From NCBI RefSeq assembly GCF_036321535.1, contig NC_087437.1, forward strand, positions 8,556,001 to 8,620,000: 64,000 bases of DNA. Reading direction: 5' to 3'. This stretch comes from Camelus dromedarius. Its lineage: Eukaryota. The notes beneath the pieces were generated by a model. The model did no database searches, had not been told where the DNA came from, and worked only from the letters and a program-made list of their open reading frames with translations. Every line of letters starts with the position of its first letter. Positions within the stretch are counted from its first letter, which is position 1. Of this stretch, positions 38,308 to 52,609 are shown piece by piece. Position numbers and translations under genes: made by a program.

Positions 38308-38538
38308 AACAACAGCTAAATGTTTTCGAGGGCTTAAATGTTTTAGACATGTTCTAAGAGCTTTATATGTGTAATTAATCACCACAGCAACCCAATAAGG
38401 TGGTTACTATAATTAGCCCCGTTTTATAAGTGAGGAGCCTCAGGCACAAGAGAATAAGCAATTTGGCCAGGGTCAAATGGCTGGTAAGAGTAGGAAACAG
38501 GGTTTCAGAGCCTGTGCTCTTAAACACTACTCCACTGC
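38308..38538 (-). mobile_element. MIR, near full length
   Basis: CCCCGTTTTATAAGTGAGGA..AGGCACA..CAGAGCCTGTGCTCTTAAACACTA. Confidence 0.85.
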
Positions 38539-39139
38539 TTCTCTGATCTTTTTCTGTGGTGTATTCTCTCTTTTGATGTCTTCCATGTCTTCCAACGGAG
38601 GGGTTTGAATTGCACAGTGAGCCTTTGATTATGAACTACATCTTGCCAGGGGCGCAGTCAAATTTCTCCATGCCAAACATCATGCTTGGTGGATCCCTGG
38701 CGCTCATTTGTTAAACATTTGTTACATGAATACATTAATAAATAAAAATAAAATCCTCAAAGACACAAAAGAACTAATAAAATGATTGAAATCACTGGGC
38801 CAAAATTAAAGTGAATATAGGAACCCAGAAAGGTAAAGAAACAGGGCTTGAAATTGCATTTTCCCTGTGAATGTATGTTCATTTGGGGAAATTAGCATTT
38901 TATTTTCAATGACGTTGCTGGATGAGAAAGATGGAAATGAAAGCCCAGAGCTTGCACAGTGAGCAGAATCAAGTAGGAGACTCCCTCCACGGTGAATTAT
39001 AAACTGAAGTAAACCACCCCTTGTGAGGTTCTGCAGCCTAGGTTCATATAGTCTGCATTCCTGTAAACCTATAAATAAACCCTGATTTAAGGGTTTATGG
39101 CTGACCATACTCATAAAATTTGTCATAGTTGCCTTGCAA

Positions 39140-39273
39140 AGGAAGTTCTTATGATATACTTCAGATAGAAGGAAAATTACTCATTGAAGATACAAGATAT
39201 GAAAAGAAATGAAAACCAAAAAAAGTGGTATGTGGGTATATCTATGTTAATACTGTCTGTATAAAAACTTCTG

Positions 39274-39324
<51 letters not shown>

Positions 39325-39860
39325 ATACACCCCACAGCATATAATTTGGGAAAGAGAGTTACAGCATTCTATAGACCATGTGCTGTCTTGGAGGAGGGTA
39401 AAGTTCCAACTTACCTTAGAACATAATAAATTATAAATACAAGTTTTAATTCCTTGGATAACCACTAAAAAAAGAAACTCTTTATTATAATTTTCAAACT
39501 AGTAGAGAGGAAAAAAATGGAGTGATAAAAGCAATATGAAAATGGTTCAAAAAGAAGGCAAGAACAGGGAAAAGATGGTTCAAGTATAAAGCACAAAAAC
39601 AATGATAGATTAAAAACAAATTATGTAAGTAATTACACTAAGTGTAAATGAACTAAATTTTGCAATTAAAAAAGAGAGTAGTGCTCTGAATTTTAAAAAT
39701 ATCCAGTTGCATGCTATGAACCGAGCCTTGTCTAAAATAGAATAATACAGAAAGTTTAAATCAAAAAGATAGAATAAGAAACTGTACAAACAGTAAATGA
39801 GACTAAAGATGGCATAACTATGTTAGTGTCCAACAAAATAGTTTTTAAGACAAAATGTTT
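39140..39860 (+). mobile_element. Ancient L1 inter-ORF and ORF2-start fragment
   Basis: GTAATTACACTAAGTGTAAATGAACTAAAT..CAATTAAAA and CAACAAAATAGTTTTTAAGACAAAA resemble the endonuclease-domain start. Confidence 0.65.
39277..39330. repeat. (CA)n microsatellite
   Basis: Direct inspection. Confidence 0.98.
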
Positions 39861-40094
39861 TTTTTCTAGTGTTGGAGTAATTTTCTAAAAACTCAGTAGT
39901 TGAAAATGTTTGGTCCTTATAACATCTTAGAACAATTTCTGTTTCCTTCTTCTGTGTATATAGAACAAACTCAATTCAATAATGTGTTTTTGAATATAAA
40001 TTTACTATACATAAAAGCCTGACCCTTTGAGTTACAGTCTACAACTGTATTGGCATGTTTATGTATAGAATCACTTGTCTGCATATTTGTCTCA

Positions 40095-40395
40095 AAAATT
40101 TCCAAACTGTGTCCCAAATAACCCGATTCTATGTGTTATTGATAGAAATTCTGTGAAAAACAGCATCCCATGATCAATTACATTTGGGAAACCACTGCAT
40201 ATTATATCACTATCTTGGAGATTAGGAATCTATTAGCACCTTAAAGTGTTTGAATTGTTCTGCGGTAGAAAACATTTGCATGTTTGTTTACACCACCTTC
40301 TTTTTCCAAAGGTATTTGATTCCAAACTCTCTTTTCATATTTTTAATATTTCTCACAATTAAGTTCAGTAGAATACCCACTGAAAATGATGCTGT
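40095..40395 (+). mobile_element. hAT-Charlie element (MER112-like)
   Basis: TTTGGGAAACCACTGCATATTATATC..TCTTGGAGATT..ATTAGCA. Confidence 0.55.
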
Positions 40396-41139
40396 AAGTA
40401 ATCTGGCTTCTGAACACATTTTATAATATAATAACGTCTATACCACCATACTTTAATAACCAACTTAGGTAATTAGTGTCTCAGTTATAATACCATTCTT
40501 CTTAGTAAGTCTCATCATTTTTCCTGTTTTATATTCTTACAAATTTATGATCTATTCCCTTTAGCTAACCTCAAGAACTAAAAACTTCTTAAAGTACTTC
40601 TTTTTTTCCTAATTTTTTTGAGAGCAACACATCAAAGGATTGTACAATATTCTATCAAGCGCTGAATGGTAAAGCATATTTTCTAGTGCATGGACTCTTG
40701 TAGGGTGACCTGGTTTAGAATATGTTATTCTGTTTACGTCAGAGACACAGTTGAAGAGCTCAGTGTTAGCACTGACTAACTGACTGAACAATGCACATTA
40801 TTATTTCACCAAGCATTTTTATTGCACTGCCTCATTCCAAAAATACCAACTACTCTAGTTAGAAAGGTGAAAAAAATTCTAAAAAGTGAATTTTAAGTGA
40901 AGTAACAAGATGGTGAGAATTGGGAGGTTTGGGCAAGAAATTAATCTGCAATTGTCATTTTGTTTCCTACATAGAATAGAGACACTCACATGCACTTTCT
41001 CTGCTTTGCTCAGATTATGACCAGGCTGTCATTTTAGACAGGACAGGATTCTACTTTATGCCCAGCTAATATTAGATATGACCATGGGGCTTTCTTTGTC
41101 CAAAAACTAAGATCTGGTGTATAGTTTTCCATGATGCTT

Positions 41140-41299
41140 ATGCTGAGATGAAGCTTCCACTAGCTACGTAACTTGACTATAAACAGGACCTCCCTTGCTA
41201 CAAGTAGCATGAATGAGAAGTACACTTGGTTGTTTTAGGCTCTGAGTTTTTCAAGTTGTTTGTTATTGCAGCATTACTTAGCCTATTCTGACTGATACA
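41140..41299 (+). mobile_element. MaLR LTR 3' end (MLT1H/I-like)
   Basis: GTTGTTTGTTATTGCAGCATTACTTAGCCTATTCTGACTGATACA. Confidence 0.75.
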
Positions 41300-42189
41300 A
41301 TATTTTAGTTTTATTCCATTTCTGTCACTACTTGCTTGGATAATCTTCACAATCCCCAGTGCTGAAGCGATGAAGTCGGATTAGACTCTCTGTCCCTTCC
41401 AGTTTATGAGTGTTAAGGTGCACAACATCCTAAGAAGGATTGTGACTGTTTTCCCCTCTGCAAAGCCAAGTGAGAGCACACAAGATACAGACAATCAGAA
41501 TGCCTTTCCCAAGGGTTGCCATGGTCAACTAACCTCTCATGAAAGTATGTGCTTTATCATGAGACTGTGAGTTCACAAGAGCAGGGAGTGTACCGCACTC
41601 ATCTCTAACTTCTCAATGCATCACCATTAATTCACTTAAACATTTAAGTGGGCTCAGGTCTGGAAAGCTGTATCCAGAAGTCTAACACAATTATCTCTCT
41701 TAATTTTGGCATTAGATACAGAACACTAATTGGAACCAATCTTCTAGGCTTAAGTGTTGATTCATTGCCTTGGGACTTCCTGTATTCTAACCACTTAGAC
41801 TAAAACGTACACCGTGACTAAATGGATGTGCTTGAGAGTGCCTGCAAAGGCTGGTTAATTAGTTTTGTGTTCAGAGAAAATGAAGAAATATAGGCACATT
41901 ATAAAACCTTTATTGATGAGTACCCGTAATCAAAGTGTCTACTTATATATGCTGATGTATATGTTCAAAATGCAATGCCACCCTTGAGACATCTTGTAAC
42001 AAGAGCTTGGTGGATCTTAAAGGGTTTCTGCTTGCTTCCCCTGTAGATCTCCCAAGTGGTGGCCGTCCGTCTACCCCCAGGTTTCCCCTCACTGGGCCTG
42101 GAGTTACTAGGTGTCCTCCTTGTCCCTCATTGTTACTTTTCTTTAATCATTATCTCTCCATCATCTCTAAAAATACGTGGCTTTGAACA

Positions 42190-45100
42190 TCATGACACTG
42201 ACTATAAACCATCCTCTGCTCCTCATTGTTCTGTTCAACTCACTCCTGAGGCTCAGTCCTGATTTCTCCTTTTTCTAGATTTTGGCTTGTTGTCACTGTC
42301 TACCTTACACCTCTATGTATGTATGTATGTATGTATGTATGTATGTATGTATGTATGTATGTATTTATATTGAAATACAGTCAGCTTACCATGTGTCAAT
42401 TTCTGGTGTACAGCATCATGTTTCAGTCATCCATATACATTCATTTTCATATTCTTTTTCATTACAGCTTACTACATGATATTGAATATAGTTCCCTGTG
42501 CTCTACAGTAAAAACTTACTATTCATCTATTTTATATATGGTAGGTAGTATCTGCAATCTCGAACTCCTAATTTATCCCTTCCCTAACTCCTTTCCCCCT
42601 GGGTAACCACAAGCTTGTTTACTATGTCCTTGAGTATGTTTCTGTTTTGTAGATAAGTTCATTTGTGTCTTCTCTTTTCTTTTTTTAAATTCCACATGAG
42701 TGTTCTTATATGGTATTTTTCTTTATCATTCTGGCTTCACTTCAAATGACAATCTCCAGGTCTATCTATGTTACTGCAAATGGCATTATTTTATTCTTTT
42801 TATGGCTGAGTAGTATTCCATTATATAAATATACCACCCAATCCAAAAATGGGCAGAAGACCTAAACAAGCAATTCCCCACTGAAGACATACGAATGACC
42901 AATAGGCACATGAAAAAAAAATGCTCACTATCGCTGATTATCAGAGTAATGCAAATGGAAGCTACAATGAGGTATCACCTCACACCAGTCAGAATGACCA
43001 TCATTCAAAAGTCCACAAATGATAAATGCTGGAGAGGATGTGGAGAAAAAGGAACCCTCCTACACTGCTGGTGGGAATGTAAATTGGTGGAGCCATTATG
43101 GAAAACAGTATGGAGATTCCTCAAAAAACTAAAAATAGACTTACCATATGATCCAGGATTCCCACTCCTGGGCATATATGTGGATGGAACCCTAATTCAA
43201 AAAGATACATGCACCCCAATGTTCATAGCAGCACTATTTAAAATAGTCAAGCCATGGAAACAACCTAAATGTCCATCGACAGATGACTGGATAAAGATCC
43301 TGTTGTTTATTTTAATTCAGTTGATTTTAACGTATACACAGATGACCCTCCCATACCTTGAGTTCTCAATTCCTTACACTCCTCTCCTCTGTCTCAGCCA
43401 ATCCCATGATCAGGCCTTGGACTTTGCCTCACTAATACCTACAAATTCTCTGTAATCTCAGTTCCATGCATCACATTCCCTGATAACCACCCTATCTTTC
43501 TAGCTCACTCTCATAGTATCCTGGCTAAAAATCCTTCAACCTTACCTCCAGTTTACTCATTCTACTGATTCTCATTATCCCTTGCTCCTCTGAAGTGTTC
43601 ATTCCTCTCCTTATATGGTTTAAATTACATGGTTGATAGTTACAGTCAATCTCTTTTCAACATGTCTAACTTCCTTGCCATTTTCTGACTTTGTGGTACT
43701 CACTTGGCAAAGTCACAATCCTGATTATATCCACTTTGCTCCATATTCTATACCTGTACCTAAAGTAGCAGAACGTAGGTGAAGAAAAATACATCTTCTT
43801 GATGGTCTGACTCTAATCTCACAAACACAGGCTTCATGTGGACTTTTAATGCTGCTGGGGCATTATTTTTCATTAGTTCATTTATTTCCTGATTCTTTTA
43901 ACTGACCTTGCACAATTCTTGTTTCTCCTCAAACATTCATCTCCTCTTCCTCAGAAGAACTAATTGTGTTCCCATCTAAGGTGGTTCCTCCACAGTTTCC
44001 ACCTCTTCTTCCCCACTCAAGGACATCTCGCCTTCAGTTCTCTTCCTACCTAACTTACTTCTTCCCTCACCTCTAGACTGAATTTTTCCCATCAGCACAA
44101 ACTTGTTATATTGTCCATCTTAAATCCATTGCTTTGTCCCCACCTCTGCTTTAGTTACTGTCCTATTACTTTGCTCCCTGTTGAAGCAAAATTCCTTGAA
44201 AGAATTGTCAATACAATTCCTCAACTACTCTATTTCCATTCTCTCCTAAACCCTTTTGCCCCCACTACTCCAGAAAAATTTCTTTTTGAGACTCATTGAC
44301 CTCTGTGTTGCTAAATCCAATGATCAATTTTCACCCCCAGTTTATGTGATCTGTCAGTAGTATTTGACTTTTCAGTAGCAATTGGATGCTGTCTCCTCTT
44401 TGATATACTTCAGTCACATGGCTTTTCAGTGGGAGAGTGTCACACACTTTTGGTTTACTTCCTACTTCATTGGTTGCTGCTTATCTGTCTCCTAAGCCAA
44501 TTTCTTCTCATTCTCCCAACTGCTAATTGTTGGAGCACCCCAGGGCTTGGTCCACAGACTTTCCCCTTTTACTTTTCTTTAGTAAACGTATCAAGTCTTA
44601 TGAATTAAATTCCATCTATAGTATGATGACTCCAAAATTCATATTTTCATTCTGAATCTCTACGTTAAATTTCAACTTGTATTCCAACTGCCTCCTCAAC
44701 AGTTCCACTTTGATGCTTCCAGTCAATATCCCAAACTTAGCATATTTAAAGTGAAATTATCATTTAAGTCTAAATTCCTAAAAAAGCCAGCAAACAAACA
44801 AAAAAATCCATGCTCTACTCAGTTTTCCCTGTGTTAGTTAGTTAAGGCAAATCCCATCTTTTTACTGATTCAGGCCAAAAGAGCCATCCCGACCCCGCTA
44901 CTTTTCTTACCCTCCCAAATTTTCTTCAGAAAATCCTCTAGATTCTGCCTCCAAATATATTGATATAGCCAGAATCCGACTGCTTCATGTCACATTTATT
45001 GTTAGCAGCCCGGTCTAAGCCACCACTGTTTTTATCTGCTCCTCCTGCTTCCTCATTGGAGTCCTTTCAATGTCTTTTCGAGCCAGAGTGATCCTGATAA

Positions 45101-45590
45101 AATCCTTCAAAGTTCCTCAATTCTCTCAAGAATTAAGCCAAGTTTTTCAAATGCCTAAGAAAGGCTGCACACCCTGTTCCTTCTCTAACCTCCTGTCTGC
45201 TGCATCACCCTTACTTAACTGGCTCCAGCAAGGTTATGCCTCCCTGTTGCCTCTCAGAGGTCTTAGATGTGCTCCCATTTAAGGCATCAGATTCAGCTAT
45301 TTCCTCTTCCTTACAACTCCCTTGCATTTCATATCTATGGATTTAATTCCCTTGCCTCCCTCAGTGTTTCCTTAAATTTCACTTCTTAGATTAAGCCCAT
45401 CCTGATAGCACCAGTTAAAATTACAGACCTCCTCCCTCACTTTTGACCCCTCCCCAATCTGCTCGTTGTCCATAGCTCTAATACACTTAGTACTGATGGT
45501 TTTTTTTTTCCCCAATGTTTCCCCAGCTCTCAGAACAGTGCCTGACACATAGTAGATACTTGGTAAATATTTGCTTAATATTGAATTAAT
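42190..45590 (+). mobile_element. Long degenerate L2, interrupted by a young L1
   Basis: C/T-rich L2 ORF motifs (TGTTGCTAAATCCAATGATCAATT, TTGGAGCACCCCAGGGCT, GATGACTCCAAAATT) and the L2 3' end AGAACAGTGCCTGACACATAGTAG. Confidence 0.85.
42314..43298 (-). mobile_element. Young camelid L1 with 5' inversion (twin priming)
   Basis: (ATGT)n tail 42314-42365; antisense 3'UTR to 42837; then sense-oriented ORF2 C-terminus 42838-43297 with an open frame. Confidence 0.93.
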
Positions 45591-46007
45591 TATTTGTTGT
45601 TATGTTTGATCTTCCTTATACTGTAAGCTCTTTCCTTCCACAAAAATACATCCTCAAGGGTTTCCTGTGTATATATAAGGGAATACAAAGATGAATATGA
45701 TAACCCTGTCCATAGGGATCTTAAACAGTCTTGTAAGGGAAACAGGCAGTGAATTTTATTCTCATTAAACACTACACCAAATGTGTGATAATAACTCTGG
45801 GAGGATGAGCCTGACAGGAGATTCAGGGACATTCTTCTACATTATATTAAATAAGCTTTGAAGTATGAGTTAGAGCTCACCAAGCGGATAAAAGGGTAAG
45901 GGCATTTATGCTCATCCAAACCTGTTCCCCTCAATGAGACCTAAGAGTAAGTTCTTCAAGTCAGAAAGGAAGCTAGCCTTTCACACTTTGAAAATACACA
46001 TCACACG

Positions 46008-47595
46008 TGGCGATGAATTTACCATGAAGTTACTGAAGCTTAAGCTTCAGGACTCCTCACTTGCATGGGTCCCTTCGAAGAAAGGACCTTATTGATGCAT
46101 TCACACGATCATATTTTTTTGGTTCAAATTGCTAATGTAAGGCATATTCAACTTCATTAGTTAAAACTGATGTAAGTTTCCCGTCTCCCTTCCTGTCACA
46201 TTTCATTCAACATCTAGTGTGTTGAAGTGGCCGTGGGCACTTCCGGGATTTGGTAAGGGCTATTTGGATGGTGGACACAAGTAGTTTGGGTTTAGTGGGA
46301 TATTTTTGTGGTTTACAGTCACTTCTGGGTATAGTTAAGTTATCTTTTGGATGCTTCTAATGCCCGCTCTGCTCACTTACCTGACAGGAGTCATACGGTT
46401 GCATGAATTTATCCTCTGGTGCCCAGTTGCAGGTGGTGGAGGAGAAACAAAATTATGAAATGCACAAAATCAGAAGCTAGAGTGAAGGAGAAAAATTCTC
46501 CAAATGACCAGATAGGCAGCATTGTTACTGGAAGCTTAATCCACTTGGTCAAGATGAAACTGCTCTCTTTCAGAAAAGATAGCATAAAATCCATTATATA
46601 TCATTGCAATGGGGGCATTAATACAAACTGATTAACAAGTATCATCAATATAAAAGTTACTTAAGATTAATAATGAAGAAGAAAACTTGAACGGACTTCA
46701 TTCTTACATTTTATGTGTAAAAGAAACTGGATTAGAGGCACACAGTGGCATTAGTTTCTTAGGACTGCCGCGACAAATTACATGAACATGGTGACTTAGA
46801 ACAGCAGACATTTATTCTTTTACTCACTTGCGGCGGCTGTAAGTCTGCAGTCAAGGAGTGGGCAGGCTTGGTCCTTTGCACAGGCTCTGAGGGAGAATCT
46901 CTTCCTTGCCTCTCTCCTGCCTTCTGCTGGCTCTGGCGGTCCTCTGCATTCTTTGACTTGTAGATTTCTCTCTCCAGTCTCTACCTCCATCTTCATATGG
47001 CTTCCCCCTGTATCTCTTATAAAAACACCAGTCATTGGATTAAGAGCCACCCTACATCCAAAATGATCTCATCTCAAAGTCTTTAATTTAGTTACATCTG
47101 CAAAAACCCTGCTTTCAAATAAGGTCACTTTCACAGGTACCTGGGGTGAAGACATAGACATTCCTTTTTTAGGGGACATAATTCAACCCATGACAATGAT
47201 ATTACCAAGAATGACAGTTTGCAAATTTGAAAGAAGAATTTCTGCACTGTGATTTTGGTTAAGCATGCTAGAGAGAGAAAAGGTCAAATCATTTATGTAT
47301 TCTTTCTATTAAAAATTATATTTCTAAATTTTTCTTTGAAGAGGTGTTTGAAGAGTAGGCAGTTAAAACTTGTAGAAAAAAGTATGTTGTGTCAACCAGT
47401 TCAATAATAAAATTCTTAGGATATTTTTCCAGATTGGTGATGTCAGTTCTAATTATCAGCTTTGCAAATTTGTAAATTATAGCTTTTATCATTCTTAATA
47501 TTTACTTCCATATTTAATTATATGTTTGTAACTTTCCACTATTTTTCTCAAAAATGATTCCCCAAAATGTATATGCTTCAGGCTACAGCATATGA
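46008..47595 (+). mobile_element. Zaphod/MER115-like hAT-Tip100 element, interrupted by MLT1C
   Basis: ATTTACCATGAAGTTACTGAAGCTTAAGCTTCAGGG 5' motif; CCCCAAAATGTATATGCTTCAGGC 3' motif. Confidence 0.7.
46748..47195 (-). mobile_element. MLT1C-like solo LTR
   Basis: GGCTCTGAGGGAGAATCTCTTCCTTGCCTCT..ACATCTGCAAAAACCCTG..CAAATAAGGTCAC..AATTCAACCCATGACA. Confidence 0.9.
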
Positions 47596-49317
47596 AATGA
47601 ATTTACAATATGGACATCACAGAAGATGAGATCTGTCCCATATGTTTCTTCTTTTAAAAAAAATTGTATTTTTGCTGTCTATTCAATCTCCATTGATTGG
47701 TGCACATGAGCATACAGATATCCCCCAAACTATGTCTAGTCAGTTTGACCATTTACTTAAATTATAGGGTTGTTAAGTTTTAGCAAGATTCCTTTTAGTT
47801 TACTTCTGAAAGGGCAAGAAAGATTCTTTCTAGTCTTTACCATCAGCCTAGTAGAAAAAGGTTGCTTCAGAATTTTCACATGGACTATCTAATGGGCAGT
47901 GAAGTTGTTTTATTGTGTATTTTGATGGCATTCTGGGCACCAGTTATAAATAAAAGCTTCCTCACAGCATCTGGACCATTGGATCCAACTCCAAGTACAT
48001 ATATCAGAGGGGTGATGGTAACAGGATTTGAGAAGGAGTAGATGGTATAGATTCTGATGAGACAGTGGTTTTTGCAAAGACGCATGCGTGTTCACCTTAT
48101 CCTGGCACATGGCTCTTTGTGTTTTAGCCATTGCCAAAGAATCTGTTCCTATGTGGGAAGTAGTTTCAGGCATTTGAAGTTGTCAGTGATCTTTAAAAAA
48201 ATGTTGTATGCATATGCTTATGTTAGCAAGAGAAACACTGAAACTACGATCTTGTTCCTTCAGAAAAATCCACCTCTGTCTCTACGGTAGGTAATAGAAA
48301 AATAATTCATCCTGTCAATATGATGCCAACAATTGTTAACAGAACAAATGTTCATTAAGTAACCTTATTGATTAAAAGTGAAAGGAGCAACCTTTTAAAG
48401 GGTGTACACATTGTATTATCCAACTCAATTCTGGAAAATGAGGTTTAACATTTTCAGTGGAGACTTTAAAATTGCATGGAAATATATGATGACTACTTCA
48501 TTTCCCAGTATCTTTTTATTACTGCTGTATTCAATAATGAGTAGAAATCCTTTTGCTTTTTAACATTTTACTAACCTTAATTTTCATGAAAAACTTTATA
48601 GATTTACTCAATTATGGGAGTTTTTTTTCTTTTCCAGAGCTTCAACCTAAAATTGATGCTTTTATGTCAAAAACAGAGAAATTAAAGAATAAAGTATCTT
48701 CTCTTTCTTTAATCATGCTAAATATATACCTATGCGTGTACCCAATTAAAAAAAAATGGAATAGGATCAAAAGTTATATATGTTAAGAGGAAATTTCTAT
48801 TAATGACCAGAGTCTAAGACTCCTAGAGAATACTCAATAATAAAATTTTAATGCCCATGAGATGATGCATGAAGATAATTTGAAAGCAACAGCTAAACTC
48901 GATGATAAATTATTTCCCTATTGGACAAATTACCTGAGGGGTCAGAAACACATTGAAGTATAGTCCTCTCTTCAGGTTAGGATCCTGTTGATTGTGTAAG
49001 AACAATTTAATTAAAATATCCTTACTGCTAACTCTAGGCAAGTGTTTCGGATGATTCTCATCTGCTGTCTCCTCCTCAAAGTCCTTATTTAATTCACCCT
49101 CGACTTCACACTTTGTTTGCTTAAAACTGATTCTCTTCTGCTGGGACTCTTAAAATATGAGTGTCCTTGGAGTTGCTCTATGGCTTTGTCAATAGTTTCC
49201 ATTTCAGATTCACAGTTTAGACTCAAATATAAGTCTTCTATAAGGATATTCAGATCACTAAAGAAGATTTATTTGCTTTAAGGAAATAATGAAAACTTCA
49301 AAATGTTGCCCTCATAA

Positions 49318-49605
49318 ATTTTATTTTATTTTTTAATTAAGGTAACATTGGCTTATAACATTATATAGTTCGTGTGTCCAACACGATATTTTGACTTCTT
49401 TACACAACTACGGCATGTTCATCACCAAAAATTTAGTTTCCACTGTCACCGTACAGTTGACCCACCTTACCCAATCCCACAGCCCCTTTCATTTCTGGTA
49501 ACCATGGCTTTTTTTCTCTGTATCTATATGTTTGCTTTTGTTTGCTTTGGCTTTTTTATATAATTGTTTATTTTATTTTTATATTCTATGTATGAATGAA
49601 ATCAA
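49318..49605 (-). mobile_element. L1 3' end fragment
   Basis: T-rich tail; ATAACATTATATAG..CACCAAAAATTTAGTTTCCA..TCTGGTAACCA. Confidence 0.8.
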
Positions 49606-50200
49606 TACTTTTTTTTATCTGTATTAACATTTGAGAATTTTCATTTGTATCCATTCATATCATGATAGATTTCTCTAAAAATAATATTTAATGTTTATAA
49701 TATTCTTAATGTCATCTAACCTGACATTCTTAATATGTCATCTAAACTCATCAACAAATTATTTTTAGCAGTTTAACTTGTATTTATTACTATGATTTTT
49801 CTGTTCACTCAATGTAGAAAGTATCCCCCTCACTAGTTATCTAGGCAGCAGAATAAGAATACATCAAAATAATCATTGAAAATTAAACTGCCTGCCTTGT
49901 TCTTCATCAAGGTTTTGGTTTCTCCATTTTTGATTGGGCTGGGAAAGTATTTAATTTATGTATTTATAGACAGGATGACTATCCTGGCATATCTAGCTAA
50001 CTCAGAAGGTCTAGTCATTTCTCCTTTAAGTAACAGAATATTATCTTGATAATCGAATGTTTGATGTAAATCACATTTATAGCTATATGTACGTAATGTG
50101 GTCACTAATAAAGTTCTGCTGCATTACAGCTGCTTTAGATTCAGTGTAAGGACCTACCCATATGTTATAATTATTTTAACAATGTGTTTGTTGCCAGATG

Positions 50201-50968
50201 TGTATCAGCCAGCTATGGCCACAGTAATGCTAGGTAACAAACCACCCCCAAATGCAGTGGCTTCAAAAAGCATTTACTTTTACTTACACAATGCCTGCAT
50301 TTGCTATAAGTCAGCTGATCTAGACTGAACTCAGCTGGGCTTGACTCTACATCACAGGCTGAGTCCAAGTCAGCTTGATGTGTCTCTTGCTGCCTCTAGA
50401 GCAGTGGACTATCCAAGAATGTTCTTTTCATGGTATCTTAGTCTGTACATGATGCTGTAACAAAATACACAGATTGGGTGGCTTATGAACAGTAAAAATT
50501 TATTGCTTACAGTTCTGGAGGCTGGATATCTGAAATCAGGATGCCAGCATGGCCAGGTGACGGCTGTCTTCAAGGCTGCAGACTCCTCATTGTATCCTTG
50601 TATAACAGAAAGGGCTAAAGATCTCTCTGGAGCCATTTTTATGAGTTCCACACTCATGATTTAGTCACTTCTCAAAGGCTCCACCTCCAAATACCATCAC
50701 CTTTGGGGGTTAGGGTTTTAATGTAAAAACTTTAGAGGGATACAAACATTCAGACCATAGCACATGGCAATGTCAAAAGCATGGTTAGGCAGGTCTGACT
50801 GTGTAAGCACATCTCAAGCCTTTGTTTTTATCATGGCTTCTAATATAGCATTCATCATAGCAAGTTACATAGCCCAGCCCAGCATCAGCGGGGTGGGAAA
50901 GTATACTCTGCCCGCCATGTGAGGGAGAAGGGAGGAAATAGTTGATGAATATTATCTAACTTATCACA
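50201..50968 (-). mobile_element. Old MaLR LTR (MLT1H/I-like) hosting a nested MLT1A
   Basis: TGTATCAG..GTAACAAACCACCCCCAAA..CAGTGGCTT; AGCAAGTTACATAGCCCAGCCCAGCATC. Confidence 0.8.
50434..50762 (-). mobile_element. MLT1A-like solo LTR with perfect 5-bp TSD
   Basis: ACAGTTCTGGAGGCTGG..ACAAACATTCAGACCATAGCA; TSD CATGG at 50429-50433 and 50763-50767. Confidence 0.92.
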
Positions 50969-52609
50969 ATTTGGAGTTTTGTTTTTAAAATTTATGGTCT
51001 AAAATTCATTACTAGGCAGAGTCTGTCTTAAAAATCTCTCCCCAGTGGATTTTTTTTTTTTTAGAAGAACCTCAAATGTCTTGATGTAAGGCAACCTCAA
51101 GCTATGCGCCTACAGGCAATATTCCAGTGAGGTTCCACTGCATATTTAAGGTGCATATTTATTTCAGTGTAAAACAAGAAACTTGGGTGTGGAACTAGAA
51201 CATACACAGAGAAAGATGCCAGCCATCAAGTGCTCGAATGAAGAGCATATGTACACATTGGTGACTTTCAACGCTACTCCTCTGCATATCCCTGAGCTCC
51301 TTGGAAGCAGGGTGATACACACTTTTGACAGAAAATTCACTTGCTGTCAAACCACTCATTTTTACCTCCAATACTCCCTCTTCTTTAACTTCCTTCCTAT
51401 GTGTTCATGCCTCATAGTTCTGTGATTCCTTTGGAAAAATTGTCTTAGAAAATAACATGCTATTGATTTCTTGGTTGAATGTATACGAGAAAGAAAAAAA
51501 ATGAAGGGAGCTGCTGTTCAGGTGATGGGGTTTCCACTTTTCACCAAGGTAAGTAGCAGTGGGGATGGCCATCGAGTCACTAGCCACAAGTAGAAGACAG
51601 TTCTAGGCGGGAGAAAAAGAGGTGTTTACTTTGGATGTTCCACTAGAATGTTTTGAATATTGAGGACGTGGAAAATTGGAATTGCTCACAGCACTCCATC
51701 TTTTCTCAGCAAATCTGATGTATCAGATAGTCCCCAAACCCTCCCATCAGTTGATGATTGCACTGCAAAATCTACTGCTTGAGAAATGTGAGAATAAAAA
51801 TGATGTCCTCTTTCTGGTGGTGTAATAGCCAAGTGAATTACTTAATATATTTTATACTCCCCTTCCCTTCTCATGCACACACTATATTAAAATTTCATTA
51901 CCTAAGTGAAAGAATGAGCCTGCCTTTAGCACAAATGGGAATTTTAGATTATAAATGTCAATGTTTATTGCGAGGCATAATGCATGTATAGCTTTTGCAA
52001 GGATGTTAAACATATCATTAGATATGTTTTGTAAATCATATTTTCCTTACTTCCTCATTGTAATCCAAAGTGAATGTTACATACAAAGAAAAAAAAGTGA
52101 ATCATGTTTTATGCTGGGGTCTGTTCCTTGAAAGCATATTGATTGTGTTTTAACTATTTCAGTGCACGTGTATGCATGAAAGGCATCAGTAACAAGATGA
52201 ATTTTTTAAAAGGAAGATTAACTCTCTCAGTCAGGATGATGAGTTTACTAAAGGAGAGGAAATCCTTTCCATGTTCTTCTAGGACCCAGATTTATTATAA
52301 CTTTAGGTTGCATGTGATGCTCTATTTCGGGGACCAGATACTCTTGCTGAATCATTTTAAGGAACTGAATCTATATTTGGATGATTTGACACCAGCACTT
52401 CAAGTTTTGTGGGTTATGGAAGGAAGAGCCCAAGCTCACCCTAGCTCTTTGTCCCCCAAGAATTTAAAATACACTTAGAATTTGTTTTAAACTTGCATGA
52501 TGTTTTAATCGCTTCCACACACAATTTCCAAAACACAGGACCTGGTACTTGGGAGAAACTTAATAATTCTTTGAATTAAAGTGACGTCTAGTTTGAAAGT
52601 CATCTAGAT

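Noticed and set aside
42895..43455. 186-aa ORF as a host gene
   Set aside because: It is the L1 ORF2 C-terminus from the inverted arm reading into L2 sequence
51418..51554. Strong donor CAAG|GTAAGT with an upstream acceptor
   Set aside because: The implied 131-nt exon has stops in all three frames and no other support
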